From NCBI GenBank assembly GCA_000934665.2, contig KZ538703.1, positions 1 to 52,735 of the forward strand: a stretch of 52,735 bases of DNA. The letters are read 5' to 3'. Of this stretch, positions 11,817-24,300 are shown one piece after another; within the stretch, counting starts at the first letter, position 1; every line of letters starts with the position of its first letter. The stretch comes from Catajapyx aquilonaris (Eukaryota). Below the pieces are notes generated by a model. The model searched no databases, had not been told where the DNA came from, and saw nothing but the letters and a program-made list of their open reading frames with translations. The position numbers were made by a program, and so were the translations under genes.

Positions 11817-12295
11817 CCATTTATCCGGAGCAGTTAGCAAAAATGGATCATTTGACTCGCGGCATTACGTTGCATGTGTCTGGAGCAGAAAGTTTCCAAA
11901 TTATTGTTGCCTCAAGTCCTCAACACTCTTCGAGATATTCCCCTTCTATACGCTCCAGAATTTTTGAAATTAGTCATGGTTCAAGAATAATATGTCTTTA
12001 ATTAAAATGGCAATAATTTCTGCCACCAAGAAATATGAAGTTCAAATATTACAGTGACTTGTTTTGCATCGCTCCAAGGGTAAAAGAACAAAGTTGCGTT
12101 TAAAAAAATAATACACACATAAACAAAAAAACAAAAGTTTGCGAGTGAGAGAAATTTCTCCAATTCCATTTCCTCCGGAGCAGTTAGCAGAAATGGATCG
12201 ATCTGACTCGCGGCATTCCAGAGAGCCAGCATGCGTCTGGAGCAGAAACTTTGCTCGAACTAATGTTGCCTAAAGTGCTCTCCACATGCTCTACT
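11817..12295 (+). repeat. Diverged direct duplication of about 120 bp, units about 350 bp apart
   Basis: ccattt.tccggagcagttagca.aaatggatc...tgactcgcggcatt...gcatg.gtctggagcagaaa.ttt...tgttgcct.aagt at about 11817-11935 and about 12166-12295. Confidence 0.85.
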
Positions 12296-12577
12296 ATTCA
12301 TTCCTCCTTACAACAATACCACATTAATTAGATAACTTTTCGGTTTTGCCGGTAATGAGGTCAAGACGGAGAGTCAACAAAATGTAAGGAAGTTTCATCA
12401 CGTCCCTTGGAAAATAGAGCTGAGATTATCGCACATCTTGTAATAACACGCGTACAATCTCACACATATTGCAAGGCTTGTCTCATTTGCATCGAATGAT
12501 TTACCGTGAATGTCATTTTTCAGCTCTAAGATTTTTTTTTTTTGCAAAAATATCCTCTGGCATATTTCAAGCCCTAT

Positions 12578-12915
12578 GGAACACTAGAAAACCTTCAATT
12601 TTTCCTAGGCCTGCGGCCTGCGTGGGTGGGAGGCCACATATTGTTAATCTCAAACAGCCAGGTTATCTGAAGGATCAAGAATGAACTGTTTACTGGCTGT
12701 CAACAAGTATGGCAACTGGCTAACAATACAGGGATGGAGAGCGATCGAATGAATATTTCCTCCTCCCACCCACCAGAGGCGCTGCTTCCACCCCCATTGA
12801 GCATGCGCATAACGTGCGCCTATAGGAGGCGTCGTGGTAACAATTATGGATGACCAATCAGAATGCTTATACAAACACCATGAATAGGATTCTAATTTTA
12901 TAGAGATAGCCATAG
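12578..12915 (-). mobile_element. Dispersed repeat family B, copy 1 (inverted relative to the copy at about 46 kb)
   Basis: cctcccacccaccagaggcgctg..tccaccccattg.gcatgcgc...gcgtcg.ggtaacaat.atg is the reverse complement of 46200-46300. acactagaaaacc.tc at 12581 matches the reverse complement of gagggtttttctagtgt at 46394-46410. Confidence 0.75.
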
Positions 12916-14070
12916 GAATTTTTTTCTAATATTTAGGAAGTATCGGGACCGCACTTTGCCTGGCTGATATTGTAAGCCTGCAATTTTTTATTCTATTGAA
13001 AGGCAAGTAAGGGTCATTACCGTATACGTTCGTGCGAAACAGAATTGTGCAAAAATGGTGGTTCTCGGTAGCTGGCACCGCTTAAGTACAGGGCTTCCAA
13101 CACAATCGAGCCGACAAACCCATCGATTAGTGTACTTTGCACTCTGACGGGTGGTGCAACATGCTGGCACAGACAACAATGCTTCAGACATCAACTTCGG
13201 ACTAACGACCTGAGTAATCACCTCAACACATTGTCCTCCGCAACATTTCCAGTACATGCTGCCACTCTCAAGAGTTTCCACACAGTGCCTGGCTCTCTTC
13301 ATGGGCTTATCGGTGTTGTTATTAGTTACTTTTGGAGGGACGAATAATGGAGAAACATGCATATATAGAACAGTATACACGCAACACAGGGTGTTCCAAC
13401 CCAATTCTACGTACTTAAAAAATCGATTTATTTTAGCACTTTAATTAGTCATATTGCACCGGAAATTGCTTGCGTAATTATGTAGGTTATTTATAGCCGG
13501 GGTTATTGGTTTCCGCTTCCCGAAACATACTCGCAGAAAAGTGTAGCAGCATTGTTGTGTCCGCGGAACATTTCCCTCTCGCTTTATTGGTGGTGGAGTA
13601 GGTATGAGTCCCGAAGTGCTTTCCGGCGTATCTGGCTCAAAACCCTCTTGTGTTATGTGTGCGCATTGCTACCGTGTGCCTGGCGGGTGCGTCGAAAATC
13701 CAATTTTGGGAGGTGGGCCATCATGGAAGGCCTCCTCTCCCCTGGAGAATAGTTGCAGCATTGGGGGAGGTTGAAGCAAACAAACGGACCCCGTCTTGAC
13801 TCAGCTCTGACGCCTTTATGTCACTGCCACGGCCTATCGGGAAGGACCACAAATTATTGGATGGGTCTTATGGAAAGAGACATGTCCACACCCTAAACCT
13901 AAAGTAACGACCAAGTAAAGACGACATGAATTCATTGAAGAGCATTATCTTAATCCACAGTCCCTGAAGTTCAGAATTATATCGTGGGTTACGACCTAGG
14001 CTATTCTTGTAGCTTGGAAATTGTCCAATAAAAGTTTCAGACAGCCATGATAACTCTAACTATAAATTAT

Positions 14071-14262
14071 TTTTTTATGAGCGCAACCGAGTGCGCAACA
14101 CAGATTACGCACATTGTTTCCAACACTATGCTTGAGGGGGTAACAATATGGCCGATCTTTGCGATGTTGCCAAGACTCTGGAACTAACCTTAGCGGTTGT
14201 TGTCCGAGCAATGCATTTGCGCGAGTGTGGGTGCGCACTCGGTTGCGCTCGTTTAAAAAAAA
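14071..14262 (+). mobile_element. MITE family A, internally deleted copy with terminal inverted repeats
   Basis: Left end ttttttatgagcgcaaccgagtgcgca; right end tgcgcactcggttgcgctcgtttaaaaaa. Internal tttccaac.cta...ggggg.aacaatatggcc...tttgcga.gttgccaa is shared with 44045-44135 and with the reverse complement of 29310-29385. Confidence 0.8.
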
Positions 14263-14766
14263 CCATCTGGTCCGTGTGACAACAAACGATCGAAGCCCCA
14301 AAATCAATGCTGTTGGTAATTACCCGACATAGAAAATGATGTCAGTGGTTCCTAAACTTAATTGAAACTGACAAGTACACAAAATTATTTGGCGTGCAAC
14401 TACCCACACATTCATTTCGAGGGTCGTGGGTCAGTTTGCTGCCGTGTCTCCCACGCCCTATAGCGATAGTCTGACTATACAACTGCAATCACCGAGTGCG
14501 GTTTTGCGTGGGAGTGTTGCCAACCACTTCTTGCGACCTGGCGTGTTTTTTTATACTAATTCGCGACGCAACATGTGGTTGCAGTGCTCCACAGGACCGG
14601 TAATTGCTTTCGAATCAAACTGACCCCCGTAAACTAATTGCGTATTTTCTTGCATTTTTTAGCCAAGGTTAATTAATGGCTAAAGTCGCACAATATTTAA
14701 GTGAAGAGGCCTATTAAAGAAAATCAAATGCTTTATTATTGCGGTAATTATTTGCACAGGGTTGGA

Positions 14767-14839
14767 GTCACGGGGGCGAATACGCCGGGGGCGAAATTGT
14801 CACGGGGCCAATATTCCGGGGGCGAAAAGTCCGGATACC
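14767..14839 (+). repeat. Short 15/16-bp tandem repeat (c.cgggggcgaa....)x4, probably the subterminal array of a DNA transposon remnant
   Basis: cacgggggcgaatacg ccgggggcgaaattgt cacggggccaatatt ccgggggcgaaaagt ccggatacc. Confidence 0.75.
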
Positions 14840-17800
14840 GTGTAATTAATCAGTACAATATTAGGCAAATTTTTTGAAGAAAAAATTATTTACTTATATG
14901 CAACTAATATCTGCCCGAGTGAAGCGAGTATTTAGAAACCCTCGGTTCGCATTTTTCTATATCATGCGGTTAGATAACTCTAACCGCAGGGATGGAAAAA
15001 ATGTTAGCAAAGCGAGGGTTAAGTCTGCGTTGAAATCGATTGAAATACTGATCACTGGTGACATTTTCTCACTGCAATTTGGGTCACACCTCAAATTAAT
15101 TTTCGTCAAACACTTGCTGGATAAACCCTTCAGGCAGTCACATTTTTTTTGCCGTCTCTTTGCTCTTTCTCTCTCTTTATCTTTTTTCCCGGAGGTTCAG
15201 GGTGGGCCAACTCATCCAAAGAGATTGTTTTCATTGGCTCAGAGCTTGAGTTTGGTCTTCAAATCGGTATAGAAAGTCCCTGGATTTTGCAGGCAATCGA
15301 CCCGAGGATGACCTGGCCGTGCCTCCAGGCCTGATGAGGACGTAATTAATTCCTTGTATGTGAGGGTCCAGATCTGGGCAATTAGGCCAGGGCCTGGGCC
15401 AAGCTAAGCATGGGGCCCATTTCCAAAATTGAAGTAGAGACTGCCCCGGATATGATGAATAAACTTTACTCGTTACCCGAACCGGTCAATGGGAGGGGGG
15501 TAAAAAAAGATGAGAGAACTGGATGTGAAAGCAGTTTACGAGCCAAAAGAAAATCAAAATTGAACCATTGCTACACAATTTCACGTTCAAATGCAGCACA
15601 TATTTGCAGCTGTATTTTTTTTATCCGTTCGCTTGTTGGCAAAGGGAATGTAAAATTTTCGTCAGAACAGGGCGAAACAGGCCGTGAAAACCATAACAAT
15701 TTCCAGAAATGCGGCAAAATGAACATGGACGGTTGATTAACGGGGTTGCTGCTGTGGGGAAATAATAAAATATTCAAAAAGCAACATGTGCATCGGTCCA
15801 GATGGGAACAATATACACTCAGCTGCGTTGGACTAAAATGTGCAAATAAATTTTCCAGAAAAAAAGAGGCACAGGCCGGCTGGCTGTTGGAATAAAAAAA
15901 ATGTTAGCCTATAAATCCTGGTAATCCTGATGTCGCCGTGAGATTCAACTTGTACGTGAGAAGAATGGAAGGCGACGTACATCAGGGTAAAAAAATCCGG
16001 GTCTCGGATCAACCCGGAGGAAACTCTTCCAGATAGAAGAAGCCTCCAATATTCGTTTCCAAGAGCTTCCCTCGTGCTTGAAATTGATGCGTGAAGGTGA
16101 ATTTTCGACTATTTGAGAACCAGAATGGAAGGATTGGGATTGCAGTAAACACATCGAAAAGGGTTATAGTTAAAATGGGGACATTGACCGAACAGGTGTA
16201 ATGATGACTGAAACTAACGAGACCACAGTATATTTACCCAAATCCTTGATGATGCGCAGACGCCTCGTAAATTTGAGCCCCAGCCTGAAATATAAATGAC
16301 GGGTTAATTACAACCCCATATCCTGATCCTGATTTGCGACACGACTTGTTTCCGGGGTTAAATTTAAGAAACCCGCCAGCACCTTGGAAACAGGCCAAGA
16401 TTTGCAAACACATTCGAAGCTGCGGTTCATAAGTTGTCACTTTCCGGAAATAAAAGGAGTTGTAAAAATGAATATTTATCAGCCTCTCTCGCTCCCTCTC
16501 TTTGTGTGTTTTCGTGTCCGACAAAATGATACAGTATTGTTAACAGTCTGGTTTTTTATGAGTGCAATATAGCAATACATTTTTCTGCAACTTCAAAGGC
16601 ACGGGGTTAAAACCAATGTTGCGATCAAAGGCGGGCGAAACCCGATGTGTCATCTAACACTCCGTCTGTTATCATAAACCGTATAATTCTTCGCTGCGTT
16701 AATTTATTGCAGACTTCATAATACCGCAAGTGGTCAAATTTTTTTTGCCTAATTGTTCAACCATCTGATCAAAGAGCCGCTTTTGTTAGAGCAATGTGCA
16801 AAGGAAAAGGTTATGAAAGCTTTTCATGATGAAACATGTATAATGAGTAATTCACCGACCCCTTTTAGTAATACTGTAGTACGAACGCTTTTCCTATGGC
16901 CCGAGGGTTTTTTTTTTAAATATTATTTTTTGAGCCCAAAAAGTGGCGTCATAAAGTGCGCATTATCCGATCAAAAAGGTTCCGCTCTAAAAAGCCTTCC
17001 ACGCCCTTCAAATTGAATTTCTGGATAAGACTCGAAGGAGATCAAGTTTCAGCCCGGGTGTTTGAAGGTGACGACAAGATTGATGAAAATGGCCAGGACA
17101 TAAACCAAAGGTTGGTGGGGGTTACTCGAGATCGAGAGAGAGAGAGAGAGGAGGGGGGGAATTTTCAGGATAAAAATTTCCATTCGGTTCCTGCCCCTTT
17201 CGCTCAATCATAAAAAAATGCAATACAGCTTGTGTCGATTCCCACCAATTTTCTTCCCAAGGTTTATAACCTGGAAACGAGTTTTTTGACTGGAAAATAT
17301 TGTTTCCTATTTCGATGTCTCCTAACCTATTATGCGACGTGGAGAGCATAGGAGAAGGTTGGGTTGCCTACTGGTTTAGGATAAAAATGAGTCCGAATGT
17401 TGCCTAGCACCCCCCAAAAAAATATTGTTAATTTTTCGTCTATAGGCAAATAAATTCGGGAACTAAAGAAGCCAAAAACGTGTGCGGGCCGATCTTTTCA
17501 AAGCAACCTCAAGTTAGCCATTTCCCAGCCCGCAGCCAAGTTTAGAGAAGTGGAGCGAAGTCTTGGGAAAATTTTTGGGGTGTGGTTTGGTGGTAGTGCC
17601 ACAAAGGACCCAAGGAAATGGTTCGGAAGAAAAGGCCCTTTAACTTGTTCGGAGGAGAGAGAGAGAAAAAAAGAAGTTGCACCCCGGCAATCCTCCGCCT
17701 CGACGATCAGAAAACCCGAAGCAAGTTTTTTGGAGGGATGTCTTTTCGACACTTTTTCTTGGAGCCCCCCAAAAACTTTTGACCTGCCCTCCTGTGCGAC

Positions 17801-20309
17801 ATCCGGTTTCTTCAGCATTGCATTATCACTTGAGAGAAAAGAAGAAAAGATGGGCAAGGGCGTATAATGCACTTTTTGGACATAACTCACCCGGCTTCTC
17901 TGCTCCTTTTGTTTCTGGGAACTTGACAACACCAGAGTGTTATAACTCCCCACCTTCCTCAGCCCCCGAAAATAAATGGCCTCATTTCTCTTTGCAACAA
18001 AAGGACCTCGTTTTTATTCCGGCTTCCCAAACAGCCATCATTTCTTTGCCTTACACAATGTCTCTCATTTTTTGAAGGCGGATGAAAAAAAAACCGTTTC
18101 CATTCGCCTACTTGTTGATCTTTGGCATATGGGGTTCAACATTCACGGTTTTACTCCGAGACATATTTCAAGAGACATTGTTTCATGATCCGGAGCCTAT
18201 CGTACAACTTCTAAGTTGAGGGGGTGGGCCAAGCAGTGTGGCCAAAATTTGGCAACGAGTCCGCCACTAGTTCAGTGTAATGTTTAATGGTAACTACACA
18301 TCAAAATGTCAATTTTTCAATTTGCAATATTTTGTTTAAATATTCTGGATGCGATATCGGGTGTCTGATGCATGATTTTTTAAAAAAATTATGAGCCAAT
18401 TTTGTCAATTTCGACATGTGTACTTTTGGGCGTTTTCCAACCTGAACCTGGTCCACTTTCAGTGTAAATGGCCCCCCCTATATTTCACCTTCCGGATCGA
18501 TGGCTTGCAGCACCGAGAGGTGTCACCGAGTTATGCGAGTGAGTAGGTGCGAATTAAATCTTCCCAAGTTCCCTTCCCTATCCCCCCCCTCCCCTCCAAA
18601 TAAATAAATTAGTTGATGAGCAAACTTTCGTTGGTTGTGGCGCTTAGGAACTTTTGATTTATTATACCCCTCCCCCCACCTTAACCTCTTTCCTCCTCCG
18701 ACATTAGCGAGTCATAGTCCCTGATGTCATTACGGAGAGGAAGATAGATGAAAGGTTTGCTCTTTTTCTGGACTTTTTTTCGCAGAAATCCGGCTCGCGA
18801 CATGGAACAATTTTTTTTTCTTCGGATCCGGGTCGTGCCTGGCTGCTGTCAGGCGTGAGACAGACATATTAGAAAAAGCTTTGCGCTGACCACTTTTCGA
18901 CACTATTATCACCGGTAATAGACCCAGTCACGATATCCTTAGGTTTAATCGCTGCAGCCATTTGACTGCAAAAGTGGATCAAACCAGTATCAGTATCAGA
19001 AGAAAAATTGACAACCGGGACTTTCCCATACATATTTTTAGCAGGTTATAACAAGCGTGCTTTTTAAATCAAAGTACTTCATATTATGTGGACAATATTT
19101 TCAAAAAAAATATGAATTTGTAATGATCTGTTGATGTCCGTGGTGATGCCTGGTTACGAGCTTCAATGACAGCATTTAATGTTACATTATGGCGTCAAAA
19201 AGAGGCTCACTTACACTTACCGTCATGTGTAACGACTCGGATGACCGAAGAATATTCCTGCAAAGAGGATTAAAAATACGGTTAATTCGACTTAAATTTT
19301 TAAACATACAGCTGTAAAATGTGTGTAATCATTAGGTTAATTAGCCTGTAATTTTAAAGTTGCGCAGAACGGACAGTTCGTTTTTTAAAATAAATACGGA
19401 TTTGCTAATAGATCAACCAAACACTATAGCATGTGTAGATAGTCGAATTCGTAATCAGAGATTTTCGTATAATTCGAGTTGACAAAACCGGTCTCCAACC
19501 GAGTGTAAGCCTGGCACAAATGTAAAAGTATAAAGGGTCTCTTCTTTTCTTGAAGGAGAAAAAATACCTGCTTTAATCTGCCAAACTTTTTTGAAGGGAA
19601 GTGTGACGAATGTCTAGGAGTTTCCTTTTGATTTCGCCTGCTTTAATAACACTTTTTAAAGCATTAAAAGTCACTGATGTTGAGTTTTACCATATATTTT
19701 GGCCTGATCTGTTTTTGGTGGGGTACGACATTTGAAAACTTTTCAAATTACGTCTCTCTCCTTCTCTTTTTTTTACTTGCAAGTTTCTTACATCGCAGGT
19801 GCCGATAAAAGCAGATGTTGATCCACTTTATCGACATCTGCACCGATAGAACAAATTGTGCATTAATCTTCTCAAATCCCCCCCTCCTCCTATAGCTATA
19901 CCCTTGGATTTTAATTTCCGATGAAGCTTAACGATCGTCTCCATCTTGCTTCCTGGCTCAAATCCCATCGTCTTGAAGCTTTCAAATCCATCTCTTCCAA
20001 GCAGGAAATATTGGCATCTGCCTCGGAATTTTCGGGGGGGAGGGTTGGCCTTTCTTTCTCTCTCGAAAGTCGCTCAAGTCAAAATTTGGGTTCCATCCTG
20101 ATCCCACCCAATAAGTGACTCATTCCGAGTGCCCCTTCCCATTTCTCATTTGCACAAAGCACAGGAAAAGCGGAACTTGTTGTCGTCATTAGGTGTCGTT
20201 TGTCCTCAACTTCAAGGACATAGACGACTAGCTTCCAGGTCAAATGGAGACCCTCACACTAGTTAAGATTGTTGCTATATGTTGGATGAAAATGTACGGG
20301 TCTTCAATT

Positions 20310-20561
20310 AGCTCTGGGGACGGAAATGGGACTTTTCGCTGTAACTGTGGGGACATTTTCAAATGGTGGGGACATTTCTGGTCCCCACAATTGATTTCAC
20401 CTGTTGGGTACATCTTTAGTGGGGACATGTCCCCACAATTGGGTCTCTTTAAAAACCATTTATCTCAGCCTAGGTTAGTTAGGGTAGGGTAGGTTAGGTT
20501 AGGTTAGGTTAGGTTAGGACAAACTAGGTTTCAAAAGTTGTGGTAGCCATGTCCCCACAGC
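20310..20561. mobile_element. MITE-like element with repeated GTGGGGACA/TGTCCCCAC motifs and an internal (TTAGG)n tract
   Basis: Ends agctctggggac and gtccccacagct are inverted relative to each other; several internal tggggaca/gtccccac units; taggttagttagggtagggtaggttaggttaggttaggttaggttagg at 20471-20518. Confidence 0.7.
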
Positions 20562-21358
20562 TAATGGCGTGCAAACATGTGTGTGTTGGCGACTGTATTA
20601 GGAATGCAAAAAGGAGCAGAGAACCTGGCACAATTTTTGTAATATACAATATTTCACAAACGATAAGATTCACTTATCAGCTAATTATTATTCTATAATC
20701 TCACTTCCACTGCGAATATGCTCGTGTCTTTAGAGTTGTGTTTTGGCATTAACTTACTGACGTCAATTCCAGGGTATACGAGATGCATAATCCGGGTGAA
20801 AGATAAGGAACTATTTTGGATCTAGTTTTTAATTAACACGCTGATCGGCCTCTTTTATGTCCGCAAAATTGTCATTTCCTTGCCTTGCACATATTTGCAA
20901 TGGGTTTTTATCGCAAATCCACTCTTACTTAATAATACTTGACCCGGTTCACGTGCAAGGAAGTGGCCCGTAAATTTAACTTATAATATATCTACTGCTC
21001 TTGTCACATTTTTAACAGGATTTTTCGCCTTGAACTGAGACATATTGCAGTTTGTGCAAAATGAGAGTAGATAAAAGTGAGTCCGAATTGGGACAAAATA
21101 ATGCAACCGCAGTTACTTTTACTGCGCAATTACACACGCCAGCTACGTAATAAATCCAAATGCTGTACACTTCGCTACATGTTAAACTAGGCCAGAAACC
21201 ACAACGCAATATAAATTTTACAAAATTAACCAAAATTACGTGACGGTTGAATTTACTACATGCATAAATTAATACCGTACAAGTAGACATATTTGTCTCA
21301 TTATCACGCTCCAGTAATGTCAACTGCAATATTTATTTTCATACACTTTGTGATTATG

Positions 21359-21398
21359 NNNNNNNNNNNNNNNNNNNNNNNNNNNNNNNNNNNNNNNN
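21359..21398. other. Assembly gap (40 N) next to a poly-C run
   Basis: Read directly from the sequence. Confidence 0.99.
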
Positions 21399-24300
21399 CC
21401 CCCCCCCCCCCCCAAAAAAAAAAGCAGTGGAGTTGAAGAGTGAAAAGAGCGAACCCGCAATGCTCCACTTTTTCGACCCGATGGTTATAACAACTCGTTC
21501 ATTCCGACCCCTCACTCGACTGCAAAGTGAAAAATCGGACCGCATTGTTCAGATGGCTCCAAATCGTTTGGGGACTTAATCGAGGAGGGAGTCCTAATAG
21601 GCAATTGTCACTTTTGGAGTTGACAGTTGAGAAGAAGGCTTGCACACAGAGAGAGAGACCAGGAATCAATAGGTGAAGGAGAATTGCCTTTTTTTCTCTC
21701 TCTCTTTCTCTTTTCTTTCGCCTTTTTTTTCTCTCCTGGAGATAACTGTTGGAGAGAGGTCGTTCTGTGGATGTAACGGCCACATAAATTCCGCTCCATC
21801 GCCGCTGGAACCGACTCGCGATGCTCTCCTTATGCGGCAACCCCCCCCCCCCTTTCATTTCTACTCCTGCACAGGGAGAGAGAAACCACTCATACGATAT
21901 ATGGCGATGGGCCAACCTCTCCAACAAACTGTGGCTGCACGACAAATTGATTGCCCTAACTTCCGCCCTTCAAACAAATAAAATGGGACTTGACACAACA
22001 TTTCGGACCATTTGGCTTCGGCGCAACTTCGAATTATAAGAGTGATGCACCATCTGATTTCATCGTTTGCAATAGCAGCTACTAATCACCGCGAGTGACA
22101 ATAGCCGCTAGGTTATGAATTGTTACTGCGGCAGAAGCAAATTCGCATGAGATTAGGAAATTCTAGGAAAAGAAAATGGAGGAAAATCCTTGTCCAACAA
22201 ACAGCCACGGAGCCTAATTTTGGCTTTCTCCAAAAAATCCAACCCCAAGGGTGCCAGTGCCAGTGGTCTTGGTGGTGAGAATGGCGTTCAGGTGTTCGCC
22301 TCCAAGAAAATCACTTCCTGGCGCACAATTCCCTTCCGGTCTATTTCGCAGCCTCCAATAGGCGTCACGGGGTCTATCCTTGGAATAAGAAGAACGAACG
22401 AACGAACCAACGAAAGAAGAGGGGGAAAAAAGGAGCGTGACATGCATACTGGCCACTGATTTGCATTTGGATAAAATTTTTGCTACCCTTATCCTTCCTC
22501 CTCAGCAAAAGCAAAGCTTGGACTTGGGTTTGGCGAAAAGGGATAAGGGATTTCACTTCGCAATTGCAAGGCGTGGCTGGAAACCCAATGGCAAAAGGAG
22601 AGAGATGATGAAAGGCTTAAAGGCTGGGTTTGACTATGCAGAAACCTGATATGAAATTGTTCGCCTTCGCAATTATTATTGAAAAGTTTCTCCCCTCAAA
22701 AACCTTCACCAGTTTTTGCGAAGAGAAACATGTCGTTCGAGATAATATCCAACAGTGAGAAGGAGCAAACAACATAAAAAAAGGAAACGTGAGAATTAGC
22801 GAGGAGTAATTGAAGTAATTGAAGTCAGCCTTTTTTTTCGCAGAGCAATTCAATAAACCGGGGGAAACGGCGTCCTATTTCCAGGACTTGTCCGTTAATT
22901 GGGAAAATGAAGATGCCAACCAGGCGCCGGCTACCAACGCGGGTTACGTGCACTGATTCTCGATTTATATCTCGCTTCAAAACTTTGTATAGTTTTGCAT
23001 TTCAACGTTTCAATTAAACCAGGCCGTACACGGAGCAATAGCGATCGTGTTACTCATTGTTATTGATTTTCCGAGGACAATAAATAACAGTGAAAAATGC
23101 AATCTGGACATGAAACGATCGCAAAACTTTTGTGCGATATGAATGGGGGCCCTCCTGTAGCATTTTATCCCGTATAGTGGTTCATTGTACGGATCGTTGT
23201 ATTGTATGGTCATTGTACCGCCATACCCTTGACAAGGTTACCAGCACAATGCCACAAGAGTTTATTTTTGAGGGGGTTTGTATCTTCTGTGAGGCTGCAC
23301 CTTCTGTTCGCATATTGCACACAAAAAACACCTTTCCTTTTCTTACATAGTGTTTAAAGGGGGCGTTGGAATATTCGCAAAAAACCGCGAGCCGGAAGAG
23401 TGACAGACGGAGCTTTGTCAAGACCCGCCATCTTTTCCTGCCAACATTCCCTTCGCAATCTGCATGTCGTGTCTGGCCATTTAACTGGCCCGAGAGATAT
23501 GTCACAGTCTGGTTTCAACATGGGATTGGTTAGGGCAGGTCCTGGACTGCTGACGGAGAGGTTTTCAAGAGTGGCAAAAGCCATGGTCAATATATTCGTA
23601 TAGGGGGGTGGGGAGAAAGGAAACGGACTTAACACTCGTGCAACGCCGGGTGAATTCTCCCAGTAAAGAATGATGCCGAAGTAGAAAGATTCAGACCAAA
23701 ACTTGGGGGTCCATTTCTGGATAGCCTCAAAGGGGCTTTTTTGGACTCGGTCCATACCTCGGAGAGAGTGAATGGTTGAAAAATCGCATTAAGATCATTC
23801 CTTTGGATGATGGAAACTTTGCTTGGAGGCACAGCCTGGCTTAGTTCCCTCTCTAGATATAAAAAATTCGTATACTACTTTCTCGATGTAATGGACCAGA
23901 AAGGAGGCCCCGGAGTGCTTCAAGAGTTGCTTCACATATTTTCTGAGATGAATAGGTAGCCCAAAGGTATGTCCACTGCGCAGTTTGAAACTAATAAATA
24001 TATACAAACGGGCAAGCTTTGAGTCTTCACTAAGGATGATTAAAGTGTATGAGTACACAGTTGCAATGTAATATTTGGCATACATTCTGAAATTCAGAAG
24101 TTAATCCTTTAAAAAGCCATGGTGTAACCTCAGAAAATCGTCGTGCAAATCGGAAGGAGGAAAATGCAAGCTTTCCGGCAGACAGCAATCCGCCAATAGT
24201 CGTCGCCTGGCCTCAAACTTTCGCCAATGGAGCTTATTTACATCCGTTTTCAGAATCAGAGCAGTCTGATGAGAGGGGGTGGGGGGAGGGGGCCAAAATC

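Noticed and set aside
14767..20561. Short repeated units (15-bp array at 14.8 kb; GGGGAC units at 20.3 kb) as CRISPR-like arrays
   Set aside because: Eukaryotic context, no constant repeat with unique 30-40-bp spacers, and no cas genes.
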